Shown here piece by piece: positions 23,334 through 34,518 of a stretch of DNA of 64,000 bases. Position 1 is the stretch's first letter, and every line of letters begins with the position of its first letter. The notes under the pieces were generated by a model. That model worked only from the letters and a program-made list of their open reading frames with translations. It was not told the DNA's origin and did no database searches. Origin of the DNA: Squalus acanthias. Lineage: Eukaryota. Location of the stretch: positions 992,001 to 1,056,000 of the forward strand of contig JASTWF010000070.1 in assembly GCA_030390025.1 (NCBI GenBank), written 5' to 3'. The translations under genes were made by a program, and so were the position numbers.

Positions 23334-24284
23334 ATGGCAGGAGAGCTTGGTGCTGTGACATGCTCTTCCTGCGCTATGTGGGAAATCAGGGACACTTCCT
23401 GTGTCCCTGACAACCATGTGTGTGGGAAATGTATCCAGCTGCAGCTACTGACAGACCGCATTGCGGCGCTGGAGCTGCGGATGGATGCATACTGGAGCAT
23501 TCGCGATGCTGAGAACATCGTGGATATCACGTTTAGGGAGTTGGTCACACCGCAGGTAAATGGTGTACAGGCAGGAAGGGAATGGGTGACCACCAGGCAG
23601 AGTAATAGCCGCAGGCAGGTAGTGCAGGGGTCCCCTGTGGCCATCCCCCTCTCAAACAGATATACCGCTTTGGATATTGGTGAGGGAGATGGCTTATCAC
23701 GGGAAGACAGCAGCAGCCAACTTCCCAGCACCACAGGTGGTTCTGCTGCACAGGATGGGAGGAAAAAGAGTGGGAGAGCTATCGTGATAGGGGATTCTAT
23801 TGTAAGGGGAATAGATAGGCGTTTCTGCGGCAGCAAACGAGACTCCAGGATGGTATGTTGCCTCCCTGGTGCAAGGGTCAAGGATATCTCAGAGCGGCTA
23901 CAGAGCATTTTGGAAGGGGAGGGTGAACAGCCAGTTGTCGTGGTACATATAGGTACCAACGATATAAGTAAAAAACGGGATGAGGTCCTAAAAGCAGAAT
24001 ATAGGGAGTTAGGAGGTAAATTAAAAAATAGGACCTCAAAGGTGGTAATCTCAGGATTGCTACCAGTGCCACGTGCTAGTCAGAGTAGAAATAGAAGGAT
24101 ATTGCAAATGAATACGTGCCGAGAGGAATGGTGCAAGGGAGAGGGATTCAAATTCCTGGGGCATTGGAACCGGTTCTGGGGGAGGTGGGACCAGTACAAA
24201 CCGGACGTTCTACACCTGGGCAGGGCCGGGACCGATGTCCTAGGGGGAGTGTTTGCTACTGCTCTGGGGGAGGGTTTAAACTAA
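23334..24284 (+). CDS. CR1 ORF1p (zinc finger/leucine zipper plus SGNH esterase), 316 aa, open
   Basis: CSSC...CGKC, heptad L repeats, IVIGDSIVR, HIGTND, PDVLHL. Confidence 0.9.
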   Translation: MAGELGAVTCSSCAMWEIRDTSCVPDNHVCGKCIQLQLLTDRIAALELRMDAYWSIRDAENIVDITFRELVTPQVNGVQAGREWVTTRQSNSRRQVVQGSPVAIPLSNRYTALDIGEGDGLSREDSSSQLPSTTGGSAAQDGRKKSGRAIVIGDSIVRGIDRRFCGSKRDSRMVCCLPGARVKDISERLQSILEGEGEQPVVVVHIGTNDISKKRDEVLKAEYRELGGKLKNRTSKVVISGLLPVPRASQSRNRRILQMNTCREEWCKGEGFKFLGHWNRFWGRWDQYKPDVLHLGRAGTDVLGGVFATALGEGLN

Positions 24285-24406
24285 AATGGCAGGGGGTTGG
24301 GAACCTGAGCAGGGAGACAGAGGAAAGGGAAACAAGGATAAAAGCAAAAGATAGGAAGGAGAAAAACAAAAGTTGCAGTCAGAGAAAACAACGGTTTAAA
24401 TCAAAC

Positions 24407-27267
24407 ATGGCCACAGTAAATATTAATTCTAATAGGTCTAAGAGCGTTAAAAAAACAAGCCTGAAGGCTTTGTGTCTCAATGCAAGGAGCATTCGGAACA
24501 AGGTAGACGAATTAGCTGCACAAATAGAGGTAAACGAAGATGATTTGATTGGGATTACCAAAACATGGCTCCAGGGTAGCCAAGGCTGGGAACTTAATAT
24601 CCAGGGGTACTCAATATTCAGGAAAGATAGGCAAAAAGGAAAGGGAGGTGGGGTAGCATTGCTGGTTAAAGAGGGGATTAACACAATTGAAAGGAAGGAT
24701 ATTAGCTCTGATGATGTGGAATCTGTATGGGTTGAACTGAGAAATAACAAGGGGCAGAAAACGTTAGTGGGAGTGATATATTGACCTCCAAACAGTAATG
24801 CGGAGGTTGGGGATGACATTAAATGGGAAATTAGAGGAGCGTGCAATAAGGGCACAGCAGTCATCATGGGTGAGTTTAATCTACATATAGATTGGGCTAA
24901 CCAAATTAGTAACAATACTATGGAGGAGGAATTCCTGGAGTGTTTACGGGATGGTTTCCTGGACCAATATGTCGAGGAACCAACTAGAGATCAGGCCATC
25001 TTAGACTGGGTATTATGCAATGAGAAAGGATTAATTAGCAATCTTGTTGTGCGAGGCCACTTGGGTCGGAGCGATCATAATATGATAGAATTCTTCCTTA
25101 GGATGGAGAGTGAAGTAGTTGACAAAGAGACTAGGGTCCTGAATTTAAATAAAGGAAACTACGATGGTATGAGGCGCGAATTGGGTAGGATTGATTGGGG
25201 AATGTCACTCAAAGGGTTGATGGTGGAGAGGCAATGGCAATCATTCAAAGACCGCATGGACGAACTACAGAATTTGTTCATCCCAGTTTGGCATAAGAAT
25301 AAAACAAAAAGGGTGACTCAACAGTGGCTAACAAGGGAAATTAGGGATAGCATAAGATCCAAGGAGAGGGCATGTAAATTGGCCAGAAAAAGCAGTAACC
25401 CTGTGGATTGGGAGCAGTTTAAGATTCAACAAAGGAGGACAAAGGGATTAATTAAGAAGGGGAAAATAGAATACGAGAGTAAGCTTGCAGGGAACATAAA
25501 AACTGACTGTAAAAGCTTTTATAGATATGTGAAGAGAAAAAGATTAGTGAAATCAAGCATAGGTCCCTTGCAGTCAGAATCAGGGGAACTTATAATGGGG
25601 AACAAAGAAATGTCAGACCAATTAAAAACATATTTTGGTTCTGTCTTCACAAAGGAGGACACAAATAACCTCCCAGAGATGTTGGGGAACATAGGGTCTG
25701 ATGAAAGGGAGGAACTGAAAGAAATCAGAATTTGTAGGGAAATGGTGTTAGGGAAATTGAAGGGATTGAAGGCCGATAAATGCCCAGGGCCTGATAATTT
25801 ACATGCTAGGGTACTTAAGGAAGTGGCCCTAGAAATAGTAGATGCATTGCTGATCATCTTCCAACATTCGATGGAATCTGGAACAGTACCCATGGATTGG
25901 AGGGTAGCTAATGTTAGCCCACTATTCAAAAAGGGTGGTAGAGAGAAAACGGGGAATTACAGACCAGTAAGCCTGACATCGGTAGTGGGGAAAATGCTAG
26001 AGTCCATTGTAAAAGATGTAATAGCTGAGCACGTGAAAATCAGTGACAGGATCGGACAAAGTCAATATGGATTTACAAAAGGTAAATCATGCTTGACTAA
26101 TCTATTGGAATTTTTGAGGATGTAACTGGTAAAATAGATAAGGGAGAACCAGTAGATGTGGTGTATTTGGACTTCCAAAAGGCTTTTGATAAGGTCCTGC
26201 ATAAGAGATTAGCGTGTAAAGTTAAGGCACATGGGATTGGGGGCAAGGCATTGACTTGGATAGAGAACTGGTTGGCAAACAGAAAGCAAAGAGTTGCAAT
26301 AAATGGATCTTTTTCCGAGTGGCAGGCAGTGACTAGTGGGGTACCGGAGGGATCGGTCCTTGGACCCCAGCTATTCACAATATATATTAATGATCTAGAC
26401 AAGGGTACTAGATGTAATATCTCCAAGTTTGCAGACGACACAAAACTGGGTGGGCGTGTGTGCTGCGAGGAGGATGCCGAGAAACTCCAGTATGATTTGG
26501 ACAGGTTGGGTGATTGGGCAGAAGCTTGGCAGATGCAATATAACGTGGATAAATGCGAGGTTATCCACTTTGGTGTCAAAAACAGAAAGGCAGATTATTA
26601 TCTGAATGGCAATAGATTGGGAGAAGGGGAAGTGCAACGAGACCTGGGTGTCCTTGTGCACCAGTCGCTGAAGGTAAGCATGCAGGTGCAGCAGGCGGTT
26701 AAGAAGGCAAATGGTATGTTGGCCTTCATAGCGAGAGGGTTTGAGTACAGGAACAAGGACGTCTTGTTGCAGTTGTACAGGGCCTTGGTGAGACCACACC
26801 TTGAGTACTGTGTGCAGTTTTGGTCGCCTTATCCGAGGAAGGATGTTCTTGCCATGGAAGGAGTTCAGCGAAGATTCACAAGGCTGATACCTGGGATGGC
26901 AGGAATGACGTATGAAGAAAGATTGGGTCGATTGGGCTTATACTCGCTGGAGTTTAGAAGAATGAGAGGGGATCTCATTGAAATTTATAAAATTCTGACA
27001 GGACAGGACAAACTAGATGCAGGAAGGATGTTCCCGATGGTCGGGGAGTCCAGAACCAGGGGTCACAGTCTAAGGATAAGGGGTAAGCCATTTAGGACAG
27101 CAATGAGGAGGAATTTCTTCACCCAGAGAGTGGTGCACCTGTGGAATTCTCTGCCACAGAAGGCAGTAGAGGACAATTCATTAAATAGATTCAAGAAGGA
27201 GTTGGATATATTTCTTCAGGCTAAAGGGCTCAAGGGATATGGGGAGAAAGCAGGGACAGGGTACTGA
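24407..27267 (+). pseudogene. CR1 ORF2 (APE endonuclease plus reverse transcriptase), disrupted
   Basis: NARSIRNK, SDH, NYRPVSL, YLDFQKAFD, SKFADDTKL; stop at 24782-24784 and frameshift near 26110. Confidence 0.92.
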
Positions 27268-27487
27268 ATTTGGATGATCAGCCATGATCGCATTGAATGG
27301 CGGAGCAGGCTAGAGGGGCCGAATGGCCTACTCCTGCTCCTATCTTCTATGATTCTATGATTCTATGAAAGCTCCCATCACACAGCTGTTCACTTTCCAA
27401 GCGCAAAAGCTGCTGCTTACTGCATTTGGAAGAGAGATTGAGCTTTATGCAGGTTGCAAGTCTTTGGAGCAAACTCTCTATTACCTC

Positions 27488-27710
27488 AGAAAACGCTGGA
27501 AAAACTCAGCAGGCCAGGCAGCATCCGTGGAGAGAGAAAGAGAGTTAACGTTTCAGGTCGATGACCTTTCATCAGAGTTCTGATGAAAGGTCATCGACCT
27601 GAAACGTTAACTCTCTTTCTCTCTCCACGGATGCTGCCTGGCCTGCTGAGTTTTTCCAGCGTTTTCTGTTGTTATTTCAGATTTCCAGCATCCGCAGTAT
27701 TTTGCTATCG
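27488..27710 (+). mobile_element. Palindromic (hairpin) short element with 13-bp TSD, Penelope-derived
   Basis: Near-perfect inverted repeat 27487-27668; TCTCTATTACCTC at 27475-27487 and 27711-27723. Confidence 0.85.
27574..27614 (+). ncRNA. Minimal type I hammerhead ribozyme motif
   Basis: AGAGTT-CTGATGA-A-AGGTC(ATC)GACCT-GAAAC-GTT-AACTCT: stem I, core, stem II and palindromic stem III. Confidence 0.65.
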
Positions 27711-30099
27711 TCTCTATTACCTCGTTGGAACAACCTCTCTCACCATTGACAGATTCCTTCTGTCATCTCAAATTCACCTGCCATTCGTTCCATCAGCGTG
27801 GGTACGGCTTATACTCTCTCACCTTGGTTATCATAATCTGAGCACGATCAGCCGGAACACCAGCATCACCAGGCACACCAGCAGCACTAGGCACACCAGC
27901 AGCACCAGGCACAACAGCAGCACCGACAACCACACCAACCTTCTCCGCAATCACCTGATGCTGCGCAGGTCAAAGGGCATCAGCACCCGACCATATGGCT
28001 ACCCGGGGTGCCAGAGATGGGATGACCTCACCAAGGCCAGATTTACTTCACTTGACGCTGCACACCCTGGCTGCCACATGATGCGCCAGGTTGGCACCAC
28101 CCCACACCAACAACATAAAGCATCCCTACAATGCCCAAGCCATTCCTTTCACACTCATCAGCATTGTGGGGCTACCGTTATGTCCCACAATTCACTGCAA
28201 CTCATGAAGCCACTTCCAAAGTTGCACACTAATCTGTCGAAGAACAGAAACTGTTGAAAATAAAGATTTCAATCGTTGACAGCACATTAACAGAAACTTC
28301 ACATAAACATTGGCTAAAACACACAAGTGCCTACCCTTGTGTGTTGTTAATTGGTATGATTGGACTAGGATTGGGGTGAGTGTGAGGGGTGGTTAGTGAG
28401 ATTGGGAAGTGATATTGTAGATGGAGAGGGTTTGGTGGAGGTGCAATGTAAGTTGGTGTGAGGAAGGCCGTGCAGGAGTAGGACAGGAATGACAGATTCA
28501 TGGGGATGTGATGATTGGCACAGCAGGATGAGGTTGAGTGTGGCTTTGCATTAACGTTTCGTGTTCTACTGAGATCATTGAAAGGTTTGCCCCACTGAAG
28601 CCTGGTCCTCTTGACGATATCCCTGCTTGTGTCCTCCTGTGCAATGTGCAACAAGGCTGCGTTGGTCTCCTGGGTTGCTCTCAATGGAAAGGAAAAGAAC
28701 CTCCCTACCTGCTCTGGAGGGAGGCATGGGAGAGTCTGGGTGCAGCCATGCGCCTCTGCTGAATGCTGTAGAACACTGACAGCACAACTGTCAAAGTAAA
28801 TTTGCGCACGGCCCCTTGAAGGATACCGGCGGATGACGCGTCAGCATACGACGTCATCAGACCCGCTTCCTTCAATTGGCCGGGAAACTCGCCGGGCGTG
28901 CTTAAGAAGCCCAATGAGGGGAATGTCATGTCGGAAGCCGGGATGGAGCCACCAGCGACCCGCCACCGACCTCGCCCGCCACGCACCCTCCCAGTCGGGG
29001 ACATCCCGGCCAAACACAAGGAGTCTTTTTCACCGATCTACGATACTGTGTGTGAAATGTTCATCTTTTCCTCTTTTGCTGCCCCGCGTGTAGTTACTAA
29101 GCTATCCTCCAGTTCCTCGTTCACAGCCCAGCCCAAAGTCCCTGATCATACGTTCATTATCTGTGATTTTCCGAACTGGATGATGTCCCCTTTCAATACT
29201 TGATTGAGCAACGGCACCAGACTGAATTTTAGCAATCTCATTCGTAATCTACCCCCAGAATGATGCGTGGCGCTCTTTAATGAATGGCCTGCAATGGATC
29301 AATTTCGTTTTTGAAACTAGGGCGCCAAAGTGTCACATGTGGCCTCAGCACCGATCGACAGAAGCTTAAGGTTTGGAAATCAAACAGCCACGTGATGTGT
29401 GATGTCAAAATAATCCTTATCCCTCACTCTAATATATACTGGTGGATTCAAGAGATAGAGAGATTAATAATCTTTATTTATCAGTACACTTATAGAAACT
29501 TAGCACCTCCTGTGCTATGAGAATGACCTCAATTGTACTCACAAGCACATCTATTTAATTATGCAAGGTAAGCACGGTGCTCGCACGTCAGCACGTTCAT
29601 AGTACGTGTGATTCTTACGTACGCACGCAGGGCTAATACAGAGTCACAGAGTCATAACCGCAAAGAAGGAGGCCATTCGGCCCATCGAGTCCGTGCCGGC
29701 TCTCTGTAGAGCAATCCAGTCAGTCCCATTCCCCCGCTCTATCCCCGTAGCCCTGCAAGTTTATTTCCCTCAAGTGCCTATCCAGTCTCCCCTTGAAAAC
29801 ATTGAGTGTCTCCGCTTCCACCACTTCCGTCGGCAGCGAGTTCCAGGTCCTCACCACTCCATGCGTAAAAATGTTTTTCCTCTCATCCACCTGAATCTCC
29901 TACCTAAAATCTTAAATTTGTGTCCCCTATGTAAGCTCGTTGGTGCCCACGCATGCTACTCGCATCCCCCCGCCCCCCCCCCCCCACCCCACCACCGCCC
30001 CAACACCTTTGGACATGCTCATTGGCGACACTCTCTGTTCAGTGCCCTCTGGACATTTCACATGTATGATTAACCATATTCAGAATCCTCACTTGCTGA

Positions 30100-30780
30100 T
30101 CTAGGAGCACAGGAACAGGAGTAGATCCACAGTGGATTACCTCACACTCACCCACATTGAGCGACATCTGTCATGTTTCACTCCACTCACAACCTGTACA
30201 TATCCCCTTCCAAATTGTTGCACCTATCTACAAAAGTTACTTTGCCTCCTAACTTAACACCAGCTGCAAACTTGGATATACAACTCCCTATTCCTTCATA
30301 TAACTCATTAATATATACGGTGGAAAGATTGAGGCCCCAGAACAGATCCGTGGGGAACACCACTTGTCACATCCTGCCAATCTGAGTACCTCCTCTTTAT
30401 CCCGACCCTCTGTCTGTTACTTCCCATCCAAACTCCAACCCAAATCAAAAAGCTCCACCCAATTTCATGCGGTCTCAACTTGGCCAATAATCTTTAATGT
30501 GGAACCTTATTGAATGGCTTCTGGGATTCCATATAGATAACATCCATAGACACTCCTTTCTCTATCTGATTAGTGACCTCCTCAAAAAATGTAACTGGAT
30601 TAGTCAAACATGATTTACCTTTTACAAAGCCATGCTGGCCCGCTCTGACCAGCTCATATTTGCACAGGTGATCAATCACTCTATCCTTAATGACAGATTC
30701 TGTTAATTTCCCCACGACTGACGTTAAACTGACAGGCCGGTGGTGACCTGGTTTAACTCTCCCACCCTTCTTCAATAATT
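30100..30780 (-). mobile_element. Degenerate CR1 RT fragments
   Basis: HRPVSLTSVVGK...QHGFVKGKSCLTN. Confidence 0.75.
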
Positions 30781-31716
30781 CAGTATCTGGAGCACTGTGT
30801 ACAGGTTCTGGATGCACCATCTCATAAAGGATATATTGGAGAGAGTTCAGCATAAAATCACCAGAATTTTACCAGGGATCCAAGGGTTGAATTAGGAGGT
30901 GAGATTAAATAATCTAGGCTTGTATTCCCTGGAACATAGAATGTTAAAGAGCGATTTGATTCAGGTTTTGGGGAATTTTTGAGGGATTGATAGTTTAGAT
31001 ATAGCGAAACTACTCCTCTGGTGGGGGCGGGGAGAGGGAAGGTTCAGAACAAGAGGGAATAACCTTAAAATTAAGAAGTCCAACAGGGAATTCAGGAGAA
31101 ACTTCTTTACCCAGAGAGTGTGAAAATGTGGAACTTGCTGCACATTGGAATATTTGAGGTGAATAGCATAGATGCATTTAAGGGGATGCTAGATAAGAAC
31201 ATCAGCGAGAAAGGAATAGAAGGATATGCTGATGCGGTGAAATGAAGAGGTGTGGGAGGAGGCTCATGTGGAGCATAAACACTGACATAGATCAGTTGGG
31301 CTGAATGTCCTGTTTGTGCTGTACATTCTGTGTAATCCACTCAATGTCCCTTTAAGTGCTGAGTAAAGACGAACCACTTTAACTTGGTAGCAGCATTTCA
31401 TGTTTATTAAGAGCTGTGTTACACAAGTTCCAAACACAATACGGTCACAGATAAAGGGAAATCTGTCCCTATTCGACACACAGAGAAAGTTTACACTCAA
31501 GATATTGGGGACAATTGTACAGAAAGTTCCATCTCACAAAGCTGAACAATCATTTCACTCACTTCAGATATTATTTAACATTCTGATTGTTTACTAAAAA
31601 CTGAAATTGCTACAGAGATTACATTGCAAAAAAAGCTAGATTGCACACATCGAATGATCTGTTTCATTATATTAAACACGAGGAAAAATCAAACTCCACT
31701 GCCAGCTCGCACCGCC

Positions 31717-32045
31717 TCAGTCTGAACACGAGGAGGCGCTGATGGTCTTGAGAAGAGGCGAGCTCAGGGAGCCGTGGCTGACGCTGCAGGAATAGATGGA
31801 GCCCTTGTTCCAGGCGGCGGCGGGGATTCTCAGGTAACTGCTCAGGCTGTAGGTTTGATCGCTGTCCGGGGACACGGCGCCTGTCGTCACCCCGCTGTCT
31901 GTCTCTTGGCCATCCACGCTCCAGCGGAGCCGCACCAAACCCGGCTTAAAGCGACTGACCAGGCAGGACAGAGTGGCCGATCCCGAGCCGATTTCTGCCG
32001 AGGAGGGAGGGAGGAGAAGAACCGAGGGGCTTCGATCCTCGCTGC
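31717..32045 (-). CDS. IgL constant exon, copy B
   Basis: SSEDRSPSVLLLPPSSAEIGSGSATLSCLVSRFKPG...WNKGSIYSCSVSHGSLSSPLLKTISASSCSD*, resembling shark type I/NS5 CL as recalled. Confidence 0.93.
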
Positions 32046-34378
32046 CTGTGTGTGGGGGGAGAGACAATTCACTAGTTTATGGAATCCGTCAGCAGTGGGA
32101 CGCTCTGATCTGAAATCAAAGACGCAAAAGAACCCCGAACAACATTCACTTGAAAATAAATTACTGATTAATACAGGAATTCCAATAAATTCTTTCTTTC
32201 TATCCGTTTTCTTTCTTTCCTTCTTTCTATCTTTCCTTCTTTCTTTCTTTCGTGCAATATAACAACAGAAAATGCTGGAAATACAGACCGGGTCAGTCAG
32301 CATGAGTGAGGCGGAAAGATCAGTAACTGACCAGTTCAGATGCAGGTTACACCCCCGGAACCGCACTAACCTGTCTGTTTCCGTTACAGACACTGACCGA
32401 CCGGCCGTGTATTCCCAGCATTTTCAGTTTTTTTTAAATTACAATATTTACATTGTTTTCCTCTTTACTTGAATATAATAAAGCGTTTGATTGTCTTAAC
32501 ACGTGGTCAGTGTTACCTTTAAAGCGGTGAAATTAAGGATCTCTGACCCGCTTTACACTGATAGTCCGCACTGTTCGATATTTCTAGTGAAAGGGGGAAT
32601 AAGAATTTTAAAAGATTCTCGCTACAGAGGCAAGTAAAAATTCCTCCCCGTGCGGGTGAACTGATTTCTCTCTCGGTATCGGGTCAGTCTCGCTGGTCCC
32701 GGAGCGATCCGTTCAACACGGGGCGGTAGCGGGACCCGACACATCAACCCAGGAGAATCGGCGCTATCCCCGGGGGGACACTGGACAGGGAGAGTCGGCA
32801 GATACAGCCTAGGGGAGGGAGAGGGTCAGCAGCGAGAGAATGAGATGGAGAGAAAGTTCCCTTCAACAAGCATCACCTAGTCTCACTCACACACACGGGG
32901 CTGGTCAGTATTTGTCACTGCGCCGCTCCATGGTAAAGCGCCGGTTCTGCTCTATAAACAGCGGGGAGATTGCGAATAATGAGCTCAGACAGATTAAATA
33001 TCGAAGCACGGAATTCCGAATAAAACCGGTCCCTTCAAACGAATACTACCCCGACTAGTTCCGGTGTTGCTGGCGACAGCGGGTCTCGTGGAGGGTCCTC
33101 TCTCTCTCCCAGCCCAGACCCGGACACCCGACGGCTGCGGTCAGGGGGACAATGCGCCACAGGAATAAAACCAGCAGCAACATTGAAAGTTGAAAATGAC
33201 GGTAAATGGGTTGGGATTCCTCCGGGGTCTCTCCCACCGGCTCCGGGCAATCTTTTTAAAATCGGTCGGTGCCGACTCTGGACAATAGGAATAATTCCAC
33301 ATACTAAGGGAATAAGTAAGGAACAGCATAGAATCATACAGCACAGAAGGAGGCCATTCAGCCCATTGTGCCAGTGCTGGCTGTTTGAAAGAGCTCTCCA
33401 ATTAGTCCCACTCCTCTGCTCTTTCCCCAGAGCCCTGCAATTTCCCCCCCTTCAAGTCTCAGTGTAACATAATGACATAGTCAGTGTCCACTGTCAGAAT
33501 TTTACAGTGGAGCTCACAACTTTACTTTCTCTCTCTCTCTGTCCTTTGCTGCACCCGAATGATACCGGGGCTTGGCGGGTTAAATTACGTGGACGGGTTG
33601 CATAAACTTGATTGCATTCGCTTGAGTTTAGAAGATTCAGGGGTGATATTCCCTGAGGCGCTTCAACAATTCCAATTCTGAGCAGTTTAACATTTTTTGT
33701 GCATAAATAGATCCAACAACAAAATTCACTGAATGGAGATTTCTCTGGCGCCCGGGAAGGAAAGCGACTTTAAATTAATAATAATTGAAACAATGTGAAT
33801 GATAGAATGAGAGAGTCACTTACTCTTTATACTCAGGGCGGTCCCCTGTCCGAAGATGACTCCCGAGTCCCACACAGCACAGTAATAGACGGCGGAGTCA
33901 CCGGGCACCAGGGTTCCGATGGTCAGAATGTAACTGTTACCGGAGGCATCTCTGGAAGGTTGAAAACGGTCTGTGAAGCCGGTGTCTCGGTATATATCAT
34001 TATCTGCTTCATATGTTAGCAACCACACCGGAGCTTCCCCGGGTCGCTGTAGGAACCAGTACATGCTTTGGCTGCCCACAGCCCCGTTCTGCATCGCACA
34101 CTGTAACCGGGCGGTCTGACCCGCGGAGATAGGATCGGATATTGGGGACTGATTGAGGACGGGAGCCGCCAGGACACCTTCAATGAAATAAAAAAATAAA
34201 AACATTCAGTGACTTGGAGCAAATAGGAAGTTAATGCCTCAATAAACACGGAGAGAAAACCGTCCGATTCTCGGTATTGAACCGATTTAGTTGCGGATAA
34301 AGCCGTGACTAAAACCATCCGTGTCTCACCCGTTAAATGGACCAGCAGAGCCCACAGGAGATGCATCGCTGGAGCCAT
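31717..34378 (-). CDS. IGL: Ig light chain, cluster B (type I/NS5, sigma-cart/sigma-2), germline-joined VJ, intact, 243 aa spliced
   Basis: join of 34330-34378, 33824-34177 and 31717-32045 = 732 nt, in frame; canonical C/W/C in V and C; FGQGT J motif; penultimate-region Cys (SCSD); perfect octamer upstream; AATAAA at 31403-31408. Confidence 0.93.
32262..32430. mobile_element. Degenerate hairpin element (same family ends as 27488-27710), also at 4471-4625
   Basis: AAAATGCTGG...CCAGCATTTT inverted termini. Confidence 0.55.
33824..34177 (-). CDS. Germline-joined VJ exon, copy B
   Basis: GVLAAPVLNQSPISDPISAGQTARLQC...WFLQRPG...YYCAVWDSGVIFGQGTALSIK|GTAAGT. Confidence 0.93.
34330..34378 (-). CDS. 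IgL leader exon, copy B
   Basis: MAPAMHLLWALLVHLT-G|GTGAGA. Confidence 0.92.
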
Positions 34379-34495
34379 TTCGTCCGGAGAAGCGCCAACA
34401 GCCACCGCCCAAATTTCCGACTGAACCGTGCGTTGTTCCTTTAAACTCTGGGACCCGGTCCGGTTACAGTGTCTGCAAACCCGAGACTCCGGGTC

Positions 34496-34518
34496 AATTT
34501 ATTACCCGGTATGCAAAT
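34496..34518 (-). promoter_or_regulatory. IgL promoter B: octamer ATTTGCAT plus TATA-like TAATAAAT
   Basis: ATGCAAAT on the plus strand at 34511-34518, i.e. light-chain orientation, about 135 bp 5' of the ATG. Confidence 0.8.

Larger units (their letters stand above)
23215..27366 (+). mobile_element. Near full-length CR1 LINE
   Basis: ORF1, ORF2 (APE plus RT), 3' UTR hairpin and TTCTATGA tail. Confidence 0.95.
22875..29010 (-). mobile_element. Second, inverted Harbinger-like relic hosting nested CR1 and hairpin insertions
   Basis: 27365-28800 is a diverged inverted homologue of 21300-22500; Myb remnant IAQEDTSRDIVKRTRLQWGKPFNDL at about 28570-28650. Confidence 0.6.

Noticed and set aside
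27583-28257. 224-aa ORF
   Set aside because: Runs across the hairpin element and a low-complexity Harbinger relic; no coherent protein
33870-33890. Heptamer-like TACTGTG / CACAGCA at the V end as a functional RSS
   Set aside because: Dictated by the Tyr-Cys-Ala-Val codons; no convincing nonamer at a 12- or 23-bp spacer was seen
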